A stretch of DNA of 64,000 nucleotides, taken from Bispira polyomma (taxonomy: Eukaryota). The stretch is from the NCBI GenBank assembly GCA_965649765.1, contig OZ287748.1, positions 55,614,001 through 55,678,000 of the forward strand, read 5' to 3'. Of the stretch, positions 1-12,750 are shown one piece after another. Both the position numbers and the translations under genes were made by a program. The notes below the pieces were generated by a model. That model was not told where the DNA came from. It made no database searches and saw only the letters and a list, made by a program, of their open reading frames with translations. Positions within the stretch are counted from its first letter, which is position 1, and each line of letters begins with the position of its first letter.

Positions 1-1125
1 TCCATATGGTAAATAATAACCCTTGTGAGTACCCAAATTCGAGTCGGGTTTCCGATAACGAGCACTCGATGCAAATTTTTGCACCCGTCCCACCACTAAT
101 AATAACAATAATATATATATATATATATGTGTGTGTATATATTTCTATAAGGACCATCATATATTTTTTAAAGAATTAATAACTGAACAGCCATGCTGCC
201 CAGTATTTCCCGGTATTTCCTAGTATTTCCCAGTATTTCCCGCCGCCCCGGGAAATACAGTATTCCCTGGAAATATAACAACCCTGACCGTATTTACTTT
301 GTACATATTTTACGGTAAACGTAATTTTTTAAAGTATTTAGGAAACCCTGTTGAACATCATCCAACTAAAATTAAGAAAATAGGAGGTAAAAAAAGGTAT
401 TCGATTGTTAAAATACATTTTATATAATATTCTGCTTACGTGATCGATAAGGCACTATAAAGACGCCGTTTCTAATATGCGATAAATGTACATTTCTCGT
501 ATGAAAGAAATGGCGTTTCCAATTGTATGAGAAATGGACCAAAAATAGTTAAGGTTGTTGACGGTGGGCCTTAAGTGGAAATTTTACCTATCTTTGCTCA
601 CCCATACTCTTGTCCTTAGCTTTATAAATATTCATGGAAGGTAACCATATGGTTAACCATATGATATAGATAGCAAATATTTGATTTACAATTAACTGGG
701 AGACTATTCCAGGCTTTAGTGGCTGGCATCACACATCAACACACTTATGATGTTATATGATTATATCTCGTGCCAAAATATTTAACAGGTATGTTGGTAT
801 GTACAGCTGGTTTGTGTATTGAATATATTGATATTTAATAATATTATGAGTTATGACTGTCTTTTGTTATTTGTGTTTTAGATATTTTATAGAGAACAGT
901 GAAGGATTGCAGTGTATGACTGTGTGACATTTTAAATACAAACAATAAACAGTCCCTCATTATGGCTACACTGCCTCAAAAATGAAGATGATCAGGATAT
1001 TTTATGTATCTTATTGTATAATACCAAAACAAAAACTGCAAGATGGCCCAATATATATTTTAATGTCGCATATCATTTACTAAGGAATTTAACCAGCTTG
1101 TGTTACCGTACAAACCTAGTTCACC

Positions 1126-4100
1126 ATGGCTTCTATTGGACTTTGTAGCGATGCCACTGATGCCACAGAATTATTTGAACCTCAGCATTTGTTTTTAAAA
1201 CCAATTGCACGATTACATGTAAGTGTTCAGCTGCCTCAGCTTAAAACCCCTGGCAAGTCCATCTCAAACTGGGAAGTAATGGAGAAACTGAAGAAAATGA
1301 TACGGCCTGATCAGTTTATGTTTCTCAAGGTGGCCAAGAGTACATTGGAGTTTGTGCGGTTTGAGGGAGAGATTGAGAGCAAAAGCAAAATGTTGAATGT
1401 ACTCGGTAGGTTAGACAATAAAACGATCAAACTGAGTGGTTTCCCAGAAGCTCTAAAGGTGCGCTCAGCAGAGGCCAAGCCAGTGTTTCCTCTAAGACAC
1501 GACTGGGAGTCCTTTTTCCGAGATGCCAAACACATGAATGAAATGAAACCGGGAGAACGGCCGGATACCTTACACATAAAAGACCTCCCCTCTCGATGGT
1601 TTGCCAACCGCAGAGATGGTGAGTCAGAAGAGCCCAGTGAATATATACTGAAAAAGGTGTTTGAAACCTGTGGAGAGATAAGGTGTGTGGACATTCCAAT
1701 GCTGGACCCTTACAGAAAGGAAGTCAATACTGCCGGTGCTATACAGACATTTAAATTTGATCAGGACATTTTGTTTGAGGCGTATGTACAGTATCAGGAG
1801 TATATTGGCTTTGTGAAAGCTATGACTGCCTTAAGAGGGATGAAACTCGTGTATAACGAAGAAGATGGAAAAACCCTTGCTGCAACTATTAAGGTGATTC
1901 ATTGTTATATATAATAAAGTAGAAAACTCCCATTATCTCAACTTCCGTTGTTTGAATATTTACTTTTACTTATATGTATGCACCTTTGTTATATAAAAAA
2001 TAATAAATATGTTGTTATTGTTAATAATAGCAAGATATCATAAATAAAAAGAAGAAATGTACAAATATAGATGTATATTTTACATGCTGTAATTTCTGGA
2101 ATAAACGCCAGTCAGAGCTTTTGTGTTTATTCAAAAGTGGGGCTGTTCTGAAAGAAAACAATGTTAGCATGTTGTGGACCTGTGGTGTAACACATTATTG
2201 AAAAAAAAATCGTAGTAATATGTATAAGACAGTGGAGCTATACACTTAATGTCTTGATGCTTAATCATAGGTTAATGTAATTAACATGCTGGCCTACATT
2301 GTCATACAATCAAGTCACTATATTTATATTTCCCACAGCTGAGAGAGAAATGTAACGATTTCCCCATATATTTAAACACCAGTTGCTTTACTATTAGTAT
2401 TTGGTGATATAAAAATCTCTTGAAAAGCGGGAGGGGGCTATAATAATTAGAGAGGGGGTCTTTTATAGACAATATATTTTTTACTTTATATACAGCATCT
2501 CATGTTCAAAGTCAGTAGCTTTGATCCAGTTTACAGACTTACTTAGGACGTTGGGTCATTTGAGTCCGTGCATACAGTTATTTAATATTAATGAGTGCAT
2601 AGAAACATTATAATTGAATTGTTATCACTACTTTTCAGGTTGATTTTGATAAAACAAAGCATTTAACGGATAAGAATATCAAAAAGCGAAGAATTGAGCG
2701 TGAACGGTTGATGAAATTAGAAATGGACCGTGAAATGCGTGTGAGAAAAGAAAGAGAGGATGAAATTAGACAGAAAGAAGAGGAGAGGTAAGTCTTATAC
2801 ACAAGGGTCATGTTCTCTAAATGTGTGTGGTACTGTGTGGACATACTGTGTATAATGAAAAATTTCTGTGGAGTCAAATTGATGTCCAAGTATCCTCTTA
2901 AAGTACGTCATCTACAGGACCACAGAGTACACCATTAGAATTAGACAGAGAGAGGAAGAGAGATAAGTGTAATGCACAAGGGTCATGTTCTACAAATGTG
3001 TGTGGAAATACAATGTACTGTATATAATGAATAATTGCTATACACGTAGTGTCAAATTAATGTCCAGGCCCGTTAGAATAGTCTAGTATACACAATGGGG
3101 TTCATAAGGAAGGTGTGGAGTGTCAGAATAAGCCTGCCTGAAAAGCTATGACTTTAGGTTTCTTCTAAATGCGTTTAGGCTTTTCTAAATTTTCAAATCA
3201 GTAGGAGGAATCTTGGTGTATAAGTAGAGATTTTTTATAAAGAATTAATTTTAGCAAAGAATATGTCACCTCTGTGGTGGACATCTTCCTAGGACATTTT
3301 CATCCAAGGGGTTGAGGGGAGGGGGGGATGTCACGGTACCCCATTACGTTTTAGTCAATTCCAGATAGTGCATGTTTGTTTTGAATTGGTGTTTTGCTTA
3401 CTTCGTATTACTTCCTATTTCTGAAGGTATGTTCGATTGGTTATAACTGGGTTTTTTTTCTTAGTGGTGTCACTGAATCACAACGGTTTTAAAAAGTGGT
3501 ATCTCTGGTATTTTCGGTACTGTCCCATTCCTGATTTAGATGTAGCATTGAGATGTAAAGAAATTCATTATGGGGACATCAGGATTTAGTGTGAACCTAA
3601 AGAAAGTTACTTTGAGTAAACATTTCATGGGGGTTTTAATAAAACAAGTTTGAAATCACTCTTAGTGCTCCTTAACACTGACATTTCTTTGCGTGTTCCT
3701 TAATACTGTCACACAATGACATTTCTGTGAGTGTTCCTTAATACTGCCACACAATGACATTTCTGTGAGTATCCCTTAACACTTTCACACAATCACATTT
3801 CTGTGAGTGTTCCTTAACACTTCCACACAATCACATTTCTGTGAGTGCTCCTTAACACTGCCACACAATCACATTTCTGTGAGTGCTCCTTAACACTGCC
3901 ACACAATCACATTTCTGTGAGTGCTCCTTAACACTGCCACACACTGACATTTCTGTGAGTGCTCCTTAACACTGCCACACACTGACATTTCTGTGAGTGC
4001 TCCTTAACACTTCCACACAATGACATTTCTGTGAGTGTTCCTTAATACTGCCACACAATGACATTTCTGTGAGTGCTCCTTAACACTGCAACACAATGAC

Positions 4101-6860
4101 ATTTCTGTGAGTGTTCTTTAATACTGCCACACACTGACATTTCTTTTAGTGCTCCTTAACACTTCCACACAATGACATTTCTTTTGGTGTTCCTTAATAC
4201 TGCCACACAATGACATTTCTTTTAGTGTTCCTTAATACTTCTACACACTGACATTTCTTTTAGTGTCCCTTAATACTGCCACACAATGATATTTCTTTTA
4301 GTGTTCCTTAATACTGCCACACAATGACATTTCTTGAGTGTTCCTTAATACTGCCACACAATAACATTTTTTGCCATGTTTTAGTTATAAGCCTGTGTTG
4401 AAATTAAGTTTTAAAGTATAATTAAGCTAACTGTCACATTGAAACAAGTCTTATGAAGAAAATAATGCATCATATTATATGTTATCATTTTAATTTTGGA
4501 GAATCATGTAGACTTGATGCCTTCTATTGTTTAATGGTACATATTGTAGGATTGTGTTGGATGTTTTGTGTACATTGTGAATGGTATTTGTACTTTGTTC
4601 ATCTCTTTGCTCTGTAACATAGGTTAAAACGTGAAGCTGAGGAATTTGATAGAATACGGAAAAGGGAAGATAAACTGAGGAAAAAGGAAGAACGCAGGCG
4701 GGAAAGAGAAGAAAAACGGAGACTTAAAAGGTACGGTGAACACTAGGGGCCACATTTATCTAAGGTCAGGATGTTATAACACTCATGCCTAAACTCAAAT
4801 ACAGTGGAACCTCTATTTTCCAAACATGTTGGGAAAAAGTAAGATTTTGTTCAGTTAGTTGAAGGTTCATAAAATGGAAGATGCCATTGTATGTAAAACA
4901 ATAGAAAAACATACACTTGGAAGAGTGACACAGTGTTTATAAAATTTAATATTGGGATAACAAAAATTTGGATAAAAATTTGGTTTATTTAGATTTATTT
5001 ATTAATGTGGAAAACTAGACATGTTACCATCCATTTTCATAGAGCTTTCAGTGAGACTCTCAAATATATGTAGTCAGAAATTAGATGTCTTTATTGTACA
5101 CGACGATACAGCAGGACAGATATAGGGATTATTGTGAGTTTAAGTTTTAAGGCCTTTTATAAATATGAGCCCAGGTGTCACATAGACATTTGGGAGTCTT
5201 GTAGAAATCCTGTATTGCTGTGTCTTGTTAAAAACATACCAGACCAGGTGTTACCATTGTTGTGTGGGTTTAGGTTACAGCGTATACTGGATTAATTTTC
5301 TCTACCCGCCTATCCTTAATATTAAACAGGTAGAACTTATAGAATAAGGAATCTGAAATTAGCCACCGCCTAAAATTTAAGCCAAATCAATAAAAACTGG
5401 TGATAAATAACTGGAAATTAGGTAAGTCGGGCAAAATAGTCACAAAAATCTCAATATCAGCAAAAAATTACCCACAATTCAACCAAAAAAGATGACATTT
5501 TCTGGGTGGTGAATTTCAGATACAGTGGTGAATTTCAGATTCCTTACACTCTAATGTTATTGGTTCTGACACTTTTTCTTACATTTATCTATTTGAAGAC
5601 TTGTGAAGCGCAGAAAAGAAGACCAGAGGCAGATGCAGCTCAAAATAGCCTTAGAAGAAAGGAGAATACTGATAGCACAACGTAAATTAGAAACTATCCG
5701 ACTGTTAGCAGAGCTCTTCAACAGGATAAAAGTAAGTTGATTTTGGTAACTAGACTACCGACAACTAGACCTTTCCGTTTTGATAATGAACATATGAAAT
5801 TTATATATTACAGATAAAAAACATGATTTTGTATAACTATGTAATACATTACCCTTTTAGCTTGGATATCCCTGCTTAAGTAAATGTGTTTGCTTTTGTT
5901 CTTTAAGATTCGATTTAACTGTACAGTAGGCTCTGTATAAATAGAACCTCCAATATCCACAGGATTTGGTTCTGGTTATAGCAAACTTCCAGTAAAACTA
6001 CATAAAATACAGCATTTCTTGATGTTGGGACCTCCACTTATACCTAAATTTGACTTACACTGGTTCTATTTATACAGAGTCTACTGTATATTGTTTTAAC
6101 ATGATGAACAACTAGCTTAGATATCCCTACTTAAATAGATGTATTGGTTTACAAGAAGATACAGCCGATTTGAACAGTTACGAATACAATTATTACCTTA
6201 AAAATAATAATAATACATGTATATATATATATGCAGTGTTTTAGCATGGAAATTATTTTCTGCTTCTCAATTTTGTAAGAAAATTCAAACTTGTTGTTGG
6301 AGTACAAATTGTTTGATGCGATGAAAGAAGATTTAATTAGGTAGTCATTCCACAAAATCAGATTTGAGTAAAACAGGTGGTTACCCAAGGAGACAGGATA
6401 ACTGTTAAGATCATAAATTAATATGGCATAAAGCTTGGATTTGTATCCTGTTTTGATTTACACATATTTTATTAGACCATTGGCAGTAACAATAATGTTT
6501 ACATTAAGCTGCTTGCTAATATATTCGTATTATGAAATCATGTGAGATTTATTTTGTTTTTGTGTGGTTCAGGTTGTAAAACAGGCTGAAGAGGTGGAGC
6601 AGTTAGAACGTGAACTGGAGGAAGAACAAAGGAAGCAGGTCGAACTGGGGAAACAGAAGAAACTCGACGAGGAGAAGCGCAAGCTTGATGTGGAACGCAA
6701 GAGGCAGGAACGGCTAGAGAAACAAGAGCAGGAACTGAGGAACAAAATATTAAAGAACATGAGGCTTGTGGAGGAACGCAAAGCCGAGAAACAGAGAGAG
6801 GAACTCAGGAAAAAGATTGCGGGCTCCAGAAAGTTACGGAGTGTCATGATAAAGAAATAG
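1126..6860 (+). CDS. AKAP17A: A-kinase anchor protein 17A (SFRS17A/XE7)-like splicing regulator; coding exons 1126-1893, 2639-2787, 4623-4730, 5599-5731, 6573-6860 (~481 aa)
   Basis: N-terminal ORF carries recognisable AKAP17A motifs (LFLKPIA..ISVQLPQLK.PGKSISNWEVME, RHDWESFFRDAK.MNE.KPGERPDT, VDIPMLDPYR, FEAYVQY.EY.GF.KAM.ALRGMKL). The exons join in frame through GT-AG introns (phases 0,2,2,0) into VDFDKTKHL and an E/K/R-rich coiled coil, ending at TAG 6858-6860. Confidence 0.93.
2762..3067 (+). repeat. Degenerate direct duplication (~176-bp spacing) of the AKAP17A exon-2/intron-2 junction
   Basis: GAAATTAGACAGAAAGAAGAGGAGAG|GTAAGT..ACAAGGGTCATGTTCT..AAATGTGTGTGG..GTCAAATTGATGTCCAAG (2762-2890) versus GAATTAGACAGAGAGAGGAAGAGAG|ATAAGT..ACAAGGGTCATGTTCT..AAATGTGTGTGG..GTCAAATTAATGTCCAGG (2938-3067). 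Confidence 0.85.
3665..4370. repeat. 38-bp minisatellite, ~18 copies, in AKAP17A intron 2
   Basis: Unit GTGYTCCTTAAYACTGCCACACAATGACATTTCTGTGA; successive starts at 3731 and 3769. Confidence 0.95.
4743..5175. mobile_element. Degenerate non-autonomous DNA transposon (MITE), possibly with a nested Tc1/mariner-type end at ~4801
   Basis: Imperfect terminal inverted repeats CTAGGGGCCACATTTATCTAAGG and CCTTTTATAAATATGAGCCCAGG; internal TACAGTGGAACCTC. Confidence 0.45.
5924..6086. mobile_element. Tc1/mariner-type MITE (163 bp)
   Basis: 25-bp TIRs CAGTAGGCTCTGTATAAATAGAACC / GGTTCTATTTATACAGAGTCTACTG (1 mismatch), flanked by TA on both sides. Confidence 0.85.
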
Positions 6861-8489
6861 TAGAGGGATTGATCTTTCTCCCTGTCTGTGTAGTAGTAGT
6901 AGTGTTGGTTAAGGACCGGATAGGGTTGGGCACAGATGTGAATTAACAATGAAATGTCCCTATTAAAGTCACCGAGTGGAAGCCAGTATGGTTGAGAACC
7001 TTTGCTGGGGAGCTATGATAGGTTTGTTGACGAGATAATTACAGAATTATGGCCAGCTTGTTTTTAGTTTTGTTAATTTTTGTCAGCGTATTGGTAGTTA
7101 AGTTTCTATACTATTAGAGAGATATTTGGGTTGGTTCACTTTGCTGGATTTGTTTTTTCAGATTATTTTTAACCAAAATATTTTAGTTATTAACATTGTT
7201 TGACATATTTGTTTTGTTAGTTAAAAACCATGGTTAGTGGATATGTTTTTTTAGTTTTGACCAGATTTAATTTATATTTTTTTATGATCAAACAATGTGA
7301 TATAGTTGATTGGTTTTAAATAAAACTTAGTTAATCAAACTTGTCGCCCCCCTCCCTCAGATAAATGGGCAGTATTTTTTAGTGTAAAACTGAGAGTCAT
7401 TTCTAGTGTCTTTGTGTCCTTAATCAACACTACAATGAAATACATATATGTGTGATTCAAACAGCATAGAACTTGAGGCCATCATTTGGAACTGCAGTCA
7501 GAGGACTTTGATATAAAAAAATTATTTTGGTGTGAAACTGTTACAAGTGAAAAGAAACGTGTACTACGTGAACATAGGTGAACAGACCAGGCAGTGCCGA
7601 ACTTGAAGCCTTTGTTGAACAGCCAAAATTGTAAAGGAAGCGGTTTCTGTTTTTTTATGGAAAGGTCCAGTCATTATCTGGACGTTGGGAAAGGTTTGCT
7701 TGCCATAAATAAGGACGTCATCACATAGAAAAGTGAAGAATTCTCAGAAAGTGTAGAAATAGTATTTGTGCGACCTTGTGTTCACTTCTTTCGGAACAGC
7801 AGAACTGGTGATATGGATACTTGTTGACAACTGGGTCAAACCAGTTGGAGAATGTACAGATCATGATATGTATTGAGTACTAGATGACTGAAGTTGGAAT
7901 TTAACACAGTAGAAACTACGTCAAAGATTTAGCAGATACTTCATTGACAGAATTGGCAATGTTTACAAATGTTTTAACAAGTTTGGTGAACTATTTGTGT
8001 TGCCCTAATATCAACCATATAGGATTCTGTTTGAAGGATTCGGATTTTTTTGTGGTGTGTGAGGAGAACCGAGTTATGTTAGATAGTATAAAGTCATGTA
8101 TAAAGAGTGACCCACAAACACTGCATACCTCAGAGATAGACAGTAACAAACTACCTGAGGTAGTTTGGAGGACTTTGTTTTTAGTGAGAGACTAGAGATA
8201 CATGTATATGGTGTTATGAAATTATAAACTTTAAGATACTGGACAGCATATAGTGTTCGGATTTATAGCCAAATGATGTACACTTATAAAAAGAGGCACA
8301 CTATCTTATGATATGAACGAAGAATCCGTACTGTATAATGATATGAAACAAAAAAAAAAACGGTGCTTGATGGAAGGGTTTCCTTTGTATCCAGGAGTTT
8401 GTCTTTTTTTGTTTTAACACAAACTTGCTAAACTTATCAGAACCTGTCCCATTGGTGGAATGTAGCTTACACCTTGTCACCTCTGTTCC

Positions 8490-8690
8490 AATAGGTTATG
8501 TTTTGACACCTTTTTTGGTTGGTTGGTGGGTGGATTTGTTTGTTTCTCACCAGGATTTCACAAAAACTACTCAACTGGTTTACAAGAAATTTAGTGGAGG
8601 GATGGGGCATATGCCAAGAAAGAATCCAATCAAACACTTTTTGGGGTATTTCTTTTCACTTTTAGGCAGAGGTATGCCCATCTTCTAGTT
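8490..8690 (+). mobile_element. Short Helentron/Helitron-associated non-autonomous element fragment
   Basis: Layout typical of these elements: GGTTATGTTTT, GTTTGTTTG microsatellite, CAAAAACTAC, GAAATTTAGTGGAGGGATGGGGCATATGCCAAGAAAGAATCC. Recognised by pattern only. Confidence 0.5.
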
Positions 8691-9559
8691 TTCTGGCATA
8701 CGTTAGACAGTTCTGATAAGTATAGTACGTAAGTTCTGCATTAAAAGACATACTCCTGGCTGGCAAAGTGTGGATGTGTGGAATGTTGCATCACAATGGA
8801 ACTTTTAGACAAAAACATGGAATATTTCAACCAATATAAGATAGACAGAATGTTTATAGACTATAAATATAAATTTGTGTGCTGCTGCACCTGGATTTCC
8901 TGCATAAATCAACAGATTGCTTCATCGGAATACGTTTGACAGTTGTGTTCCCTTCTGTTCAAAGCTGTTGTTTGTTGTTGTTTTCTGTCTTTTTCAGTGC
9001 ACATCACTGGAGATGAGAAGGGAGACAGTCTCATACAGGACCTACTACTTGATTGGACTTTCCCCAAGATAAATGTTGTATTTATTTAAAGATTCGTAAA
9101 TTTTCTGTTCTATTCTAAAGAAGACTGTTATCAATACACAGAGACAGTATTATAAAGATGATATTGTATGATTAAGATTGTACATCCTATTTTAAAAAAA
9201 CAAAAACTCATTTTACATTGTGTATATTTCTCAGTAGACTTCAGTACATTTTCTATGAGTATTACCCTACTTTGGAATGTTCAGAGAATGCGTAGAGTGA
9301 GAGTCAGACAGAATGGCCTAGAAGTCAAAAGAGGATGCAGAGGTCTGGGAGCAGAAGATTTCTACAGATGACTACCTACTGCCTAAAGTGTGACATGTTT
9401 GAAGGACCACTTCAAAGATTTGATGTTGATTTTACCTAGATTGTTGTACCTTTGGAGGGTATATATAATGACTAAAGTTATCGGCAATATCAAATTATTG
9501 TCTATGGGTTTTTCTTTGTCAAGTATATCCATGTGCCCTTGAATTTGAATTTAGTTTGT

Positions 9560-9785
9560 TTTTACTTCGCTTTTAACAACTTAGGTGGTCATATCACAAT
9601 TGCCAGATATTTAATGGTGGAAAAAACCAGTGCTGAAGCACTGCAAATCACCGACCTATGGCAAGTATCTGACAAACTTTGTCTTTCCCACATGAAGGAA
9701 TGAACACGATTTGCAACCCACTTTGTTGGGAGACCAGTGATTGTAAAGCAGACGCTTCAAACCACTGGGCCACCTCGGGCCCCCT
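9560..9785 (-). mobile_element. tRNA-derived SINE
   Basis: Reverse strand begins GGGGCCCGAGGTGGCCCAGTGGTT (A-box-like) and shares core blocks (TGTGGGAAAG, TTGCCATAGGTCGGTG) with the copies at 14310-14530 and 36751-37010. Confidence 0.65.
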
Positions 9786-10559
9786 CCATTTGGCCTTAAA
9801 TAAGAAAAAGACTGATGAAAAGACTTAAAAATATTAAAAAATATTTAGTACCGCTTATAGTTAAACATAAAATAATGTTTCCCCAAAAAATAAGGAAGCA
9901 ATAATCAGGAAATATACTAAGATTCCACCACTGAGATTTTATGGTACTTTAGTGTGTGTGTAGATTTGTCTGCAACTAAATTTTTAATAGTGAATTTCTG
10001 TAATATTTTCAAAATTAGAATTTTCAGAAATTAAGAAAATAATATTTTCATATGTTCCTTTTCAAATTGTTATATATTTCAGAATATTACATAGGTGTTC
10101 CAAAGTTGATAACAAAGACTAAGGGTTAAAGTAAACTACTATTGTGACAAAGTGCTGACATTTTGCCATTGTTTGTTAGTATAAGCAAGCCATCTGTGTA
10201 TTCAGCCTATCTATCTCAAGTTGCTCCCCACCTCCAGTAACCTTTGGACTTGATTTTGACAAAGTTTTCACAGTATTCACTGTCCAGATCCGTTCACTAT
10301 CCAGACTTGCTGAAATAATGCAAGTATCAGGTCTACCCAGTACGTTTTAACACAGTTTCTGACTAGTTGGCTTTGATTTTAAAAGTTGTTTTTATAGCCC
10401 TGAGGAAGCTAACTTCGTACCAGGTGCAGGAACTTTCCTATAAAATTGTATTCTGTATTCATAATAAATCTGTTTACTTTTTCGAGTAAATTACAGTGTC
10501 CAAAGTGCATTACCTCTTAACCAAAAATATACATTTTTTCTGGCCTTAATTATGTTGAG

Positions 10560-10745
10560 GTATGCCTTTGCTCTCACCGCTCAATCTTGGGTTTGAATCT
10601 TGACCCAGGCGCTTATTGGTGAAGGCTGCCAGTGAACTGGCTAAGGACTAGTTGTCTGTAGGTCAGAAATCTCGACCAGCTATCGTGTTTCACTTTCCTC
10701 CACTAGTAAACTACCCGTCCCATTATAATACGTGGGTAAAGTCAA
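10560..10745 (+). mobile_element. Degenerate tRNA-derived SINE
   Basis: B-box-like GGGTTTGAATCTTG and a 3' block TTTCCTCCAC..ACTACCCGTCCCATTATAA matching the SINE at 36751-37010. Confidence 0.55.
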
Positions 10746-11254
10746 AAAAGTAAATAATCTTCTACTTAGTGCTGTGGTTACTCATTTGGTTCCCTGTTAA
10801 ATCGAAGTTCATTTAAAAAGCAGCCATCATAGTTTATATATTCCTTTATAAATAGCATACCTGAATATTTTTGCTGGCACTTTTATGAATGTTAAAAGTG
10901 AATGTTCGGAGTAGATGTGACTATATTTGCAAAACTACAGGCTCATAAAAGTTTTGAATATTCCGTAGTTTGTGCAGATGTTGCATGTCATGCTTTGGTG
11001 TTCAGTTTTGTACACCTCTGTATACAGCTTGGGAGTAATGACCTTGACGTAAATAGTCATATCTACATTAATGGGTACACTTATTCTATCCAACCAATGA
11101 ATTATGGTAGATGCATTGTGTTGTGCTTGCTTATATTAACAACAGCCACAGAGACTTTTCTCATTACTGCTCTCGCATGAACTATAGTTCTTTAATCAAA
11201 TGTCTCTGGCATATTGGTATATCCATATCTTGCATCTGTAGCATTTTTGCCGTG

Positions 11255-11700
11255 GTTTTGTGTCCCCTGCTCTGGCGGGCACATAGGAATTGCTTTGTCC
11301 ATCGTCTGTGTTGTCTGTTCTCGCGCTTTTGTTTCCGGACTCTAACTTCAAAACCGCTTGATGGATTACATTCATATTTGGTTCACAGATGTATATGGAC
11401 CTGAGAAGGAACCCTATTATATGGTGACCTTAAACTCCTAAGAGTTCAAATTTTATGACAACTTTAAGGTTACAACATATTTTAACATTTCCGGACTCTT
11501 AACTCCAAAGCTTGATGGATTTTTATTTATATTTGGCACACAGATGTATATGGACCTGAGGAGGAACCCTATTGTATGGTGATCTTAAACTCATAACAGT
11601 AAAAGTATTATAATGAATTTAAAGTTACGACATGTTTGATTACTCCCAGACTATACACTTTTAAGTTAATATTTGAGGTTAAGAGCAATTTTCATCAATT
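11255..11700 (+). mobile_element. Helentron-associated element with an internal ~157-bp tandem repeat
   Basis: Short hairpin TGTCCCCTGC..GCGGGCACA, then a GTCT-rich stretch, then two copies of TTTCCGGACTCT..GCTTGATGGAT..CACAGATGTATATGGACCTGAG.AGGAACCCTATT.TATGGTGA (11332 and 11488). Confidence 0.6.
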
Positions 11701-11719
11701 TTGTTTACTTCACTAGTAT

Positions 11720-12750
11720 ACTAGACTAATCCAACCTCACGAAAACGGATTATTATTTTGTGAAGAACCTTTTCCATGTCACGTAAATTTTGAAATAAAA
11801 TATGTAGAGAAAACTAGCTCCACCTGGCGAAAATCTATTCCATTTCCTTAAAATAAAGGTTATGGTACCATTGAATGCTTGTTTTCTACTTCTCTGCGTT
11901 CAAAAATTCCACAATTCGCCAAAAAAGTAAAAATTTTTCAAAAAGTCAAAAATTAGAAATTTAAATTTTTCAAATTTTTTAAAAAATGAAAAAAAAAAAG
12001 TCAAAATTTTCCAAAAAGTCGAAAGTTTTCAAAAAGTTTAATTTTTTTTATCAAATTTATCAAAAAGTCAAAAAAATTTCGCAATTTTATTTCATAAATT
12101 TTTTGAAATCTTTTAAAAAAAAATTTTTTTGTGCAATATATATATATATATTTTTTTTTCTAGCAATATTTTTAAAATTTTTTTTTATTTTTAAAAAAAT
12201 CGCTCGTCATTATTGACGGCCAACTTGAATTTCTGCGTTAAACGCAAAAACGTGTTTATCTCGGAAACGGTGTCAGATCGAGCAATTTCGGCCTAATTTT
12301 TGGCCCAGAGGGTGTATGCAAAAAATTGCTCAATGTCTTATTTCGACACCTTGTTTTTGCTGCCCAAAAACAATTTCCTTTCATTTGTAAAGCAGTACTC
12401 TAGTTGTATTTGGGCCCATTCTGAAAAACAAGATGGCCACCATCTTGGAAAGGTTTCTGGACATTTAAAGGAAAAGTATTGCAGCTATCATTACCAAGTT
12501 TGTTGTGGAGGTATATCATGTCAATAGCTTGGTTTGGATTGTATTTGGGCACATTCCGAAAAACAAGATGGCCGCCATCTTGGAAACGGTTTCCGGCATT
12601 TAAAGGAAAAGTTTCGCAGCTATCATTACCAAATTTGTTGTGGAGACGTATCTGTTGCTGGACCCTATCCCTGATACCAATTGCACAACCCGCCTTTTTG
12701 GGGTCTATAACCCCACTTGTCTTGTTTGTGGCCATGCTGATTTTTTGCAA
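11720..12750. mobile_element. Non-autonomous repeat element (Helentron-like) with an A/T low-complexity core and a ~133-bp internal duplication
   Basis: Two copies of TTGTATTTGGGC.CATTC.GAAAAACAAGATGGCC.CCATCTTGGAAA.G.TTTC.GG.CATTTAAAGGAAAAGT (12404 and 12539); A-rich then T-rich tract at 11920-12200. Confidence 0.5.

Noticed and set aside
11920-12216. K/F-rich ORF and A/T quasi-palindrome
   Set aside because: Low-complexity interior of a repeat element.
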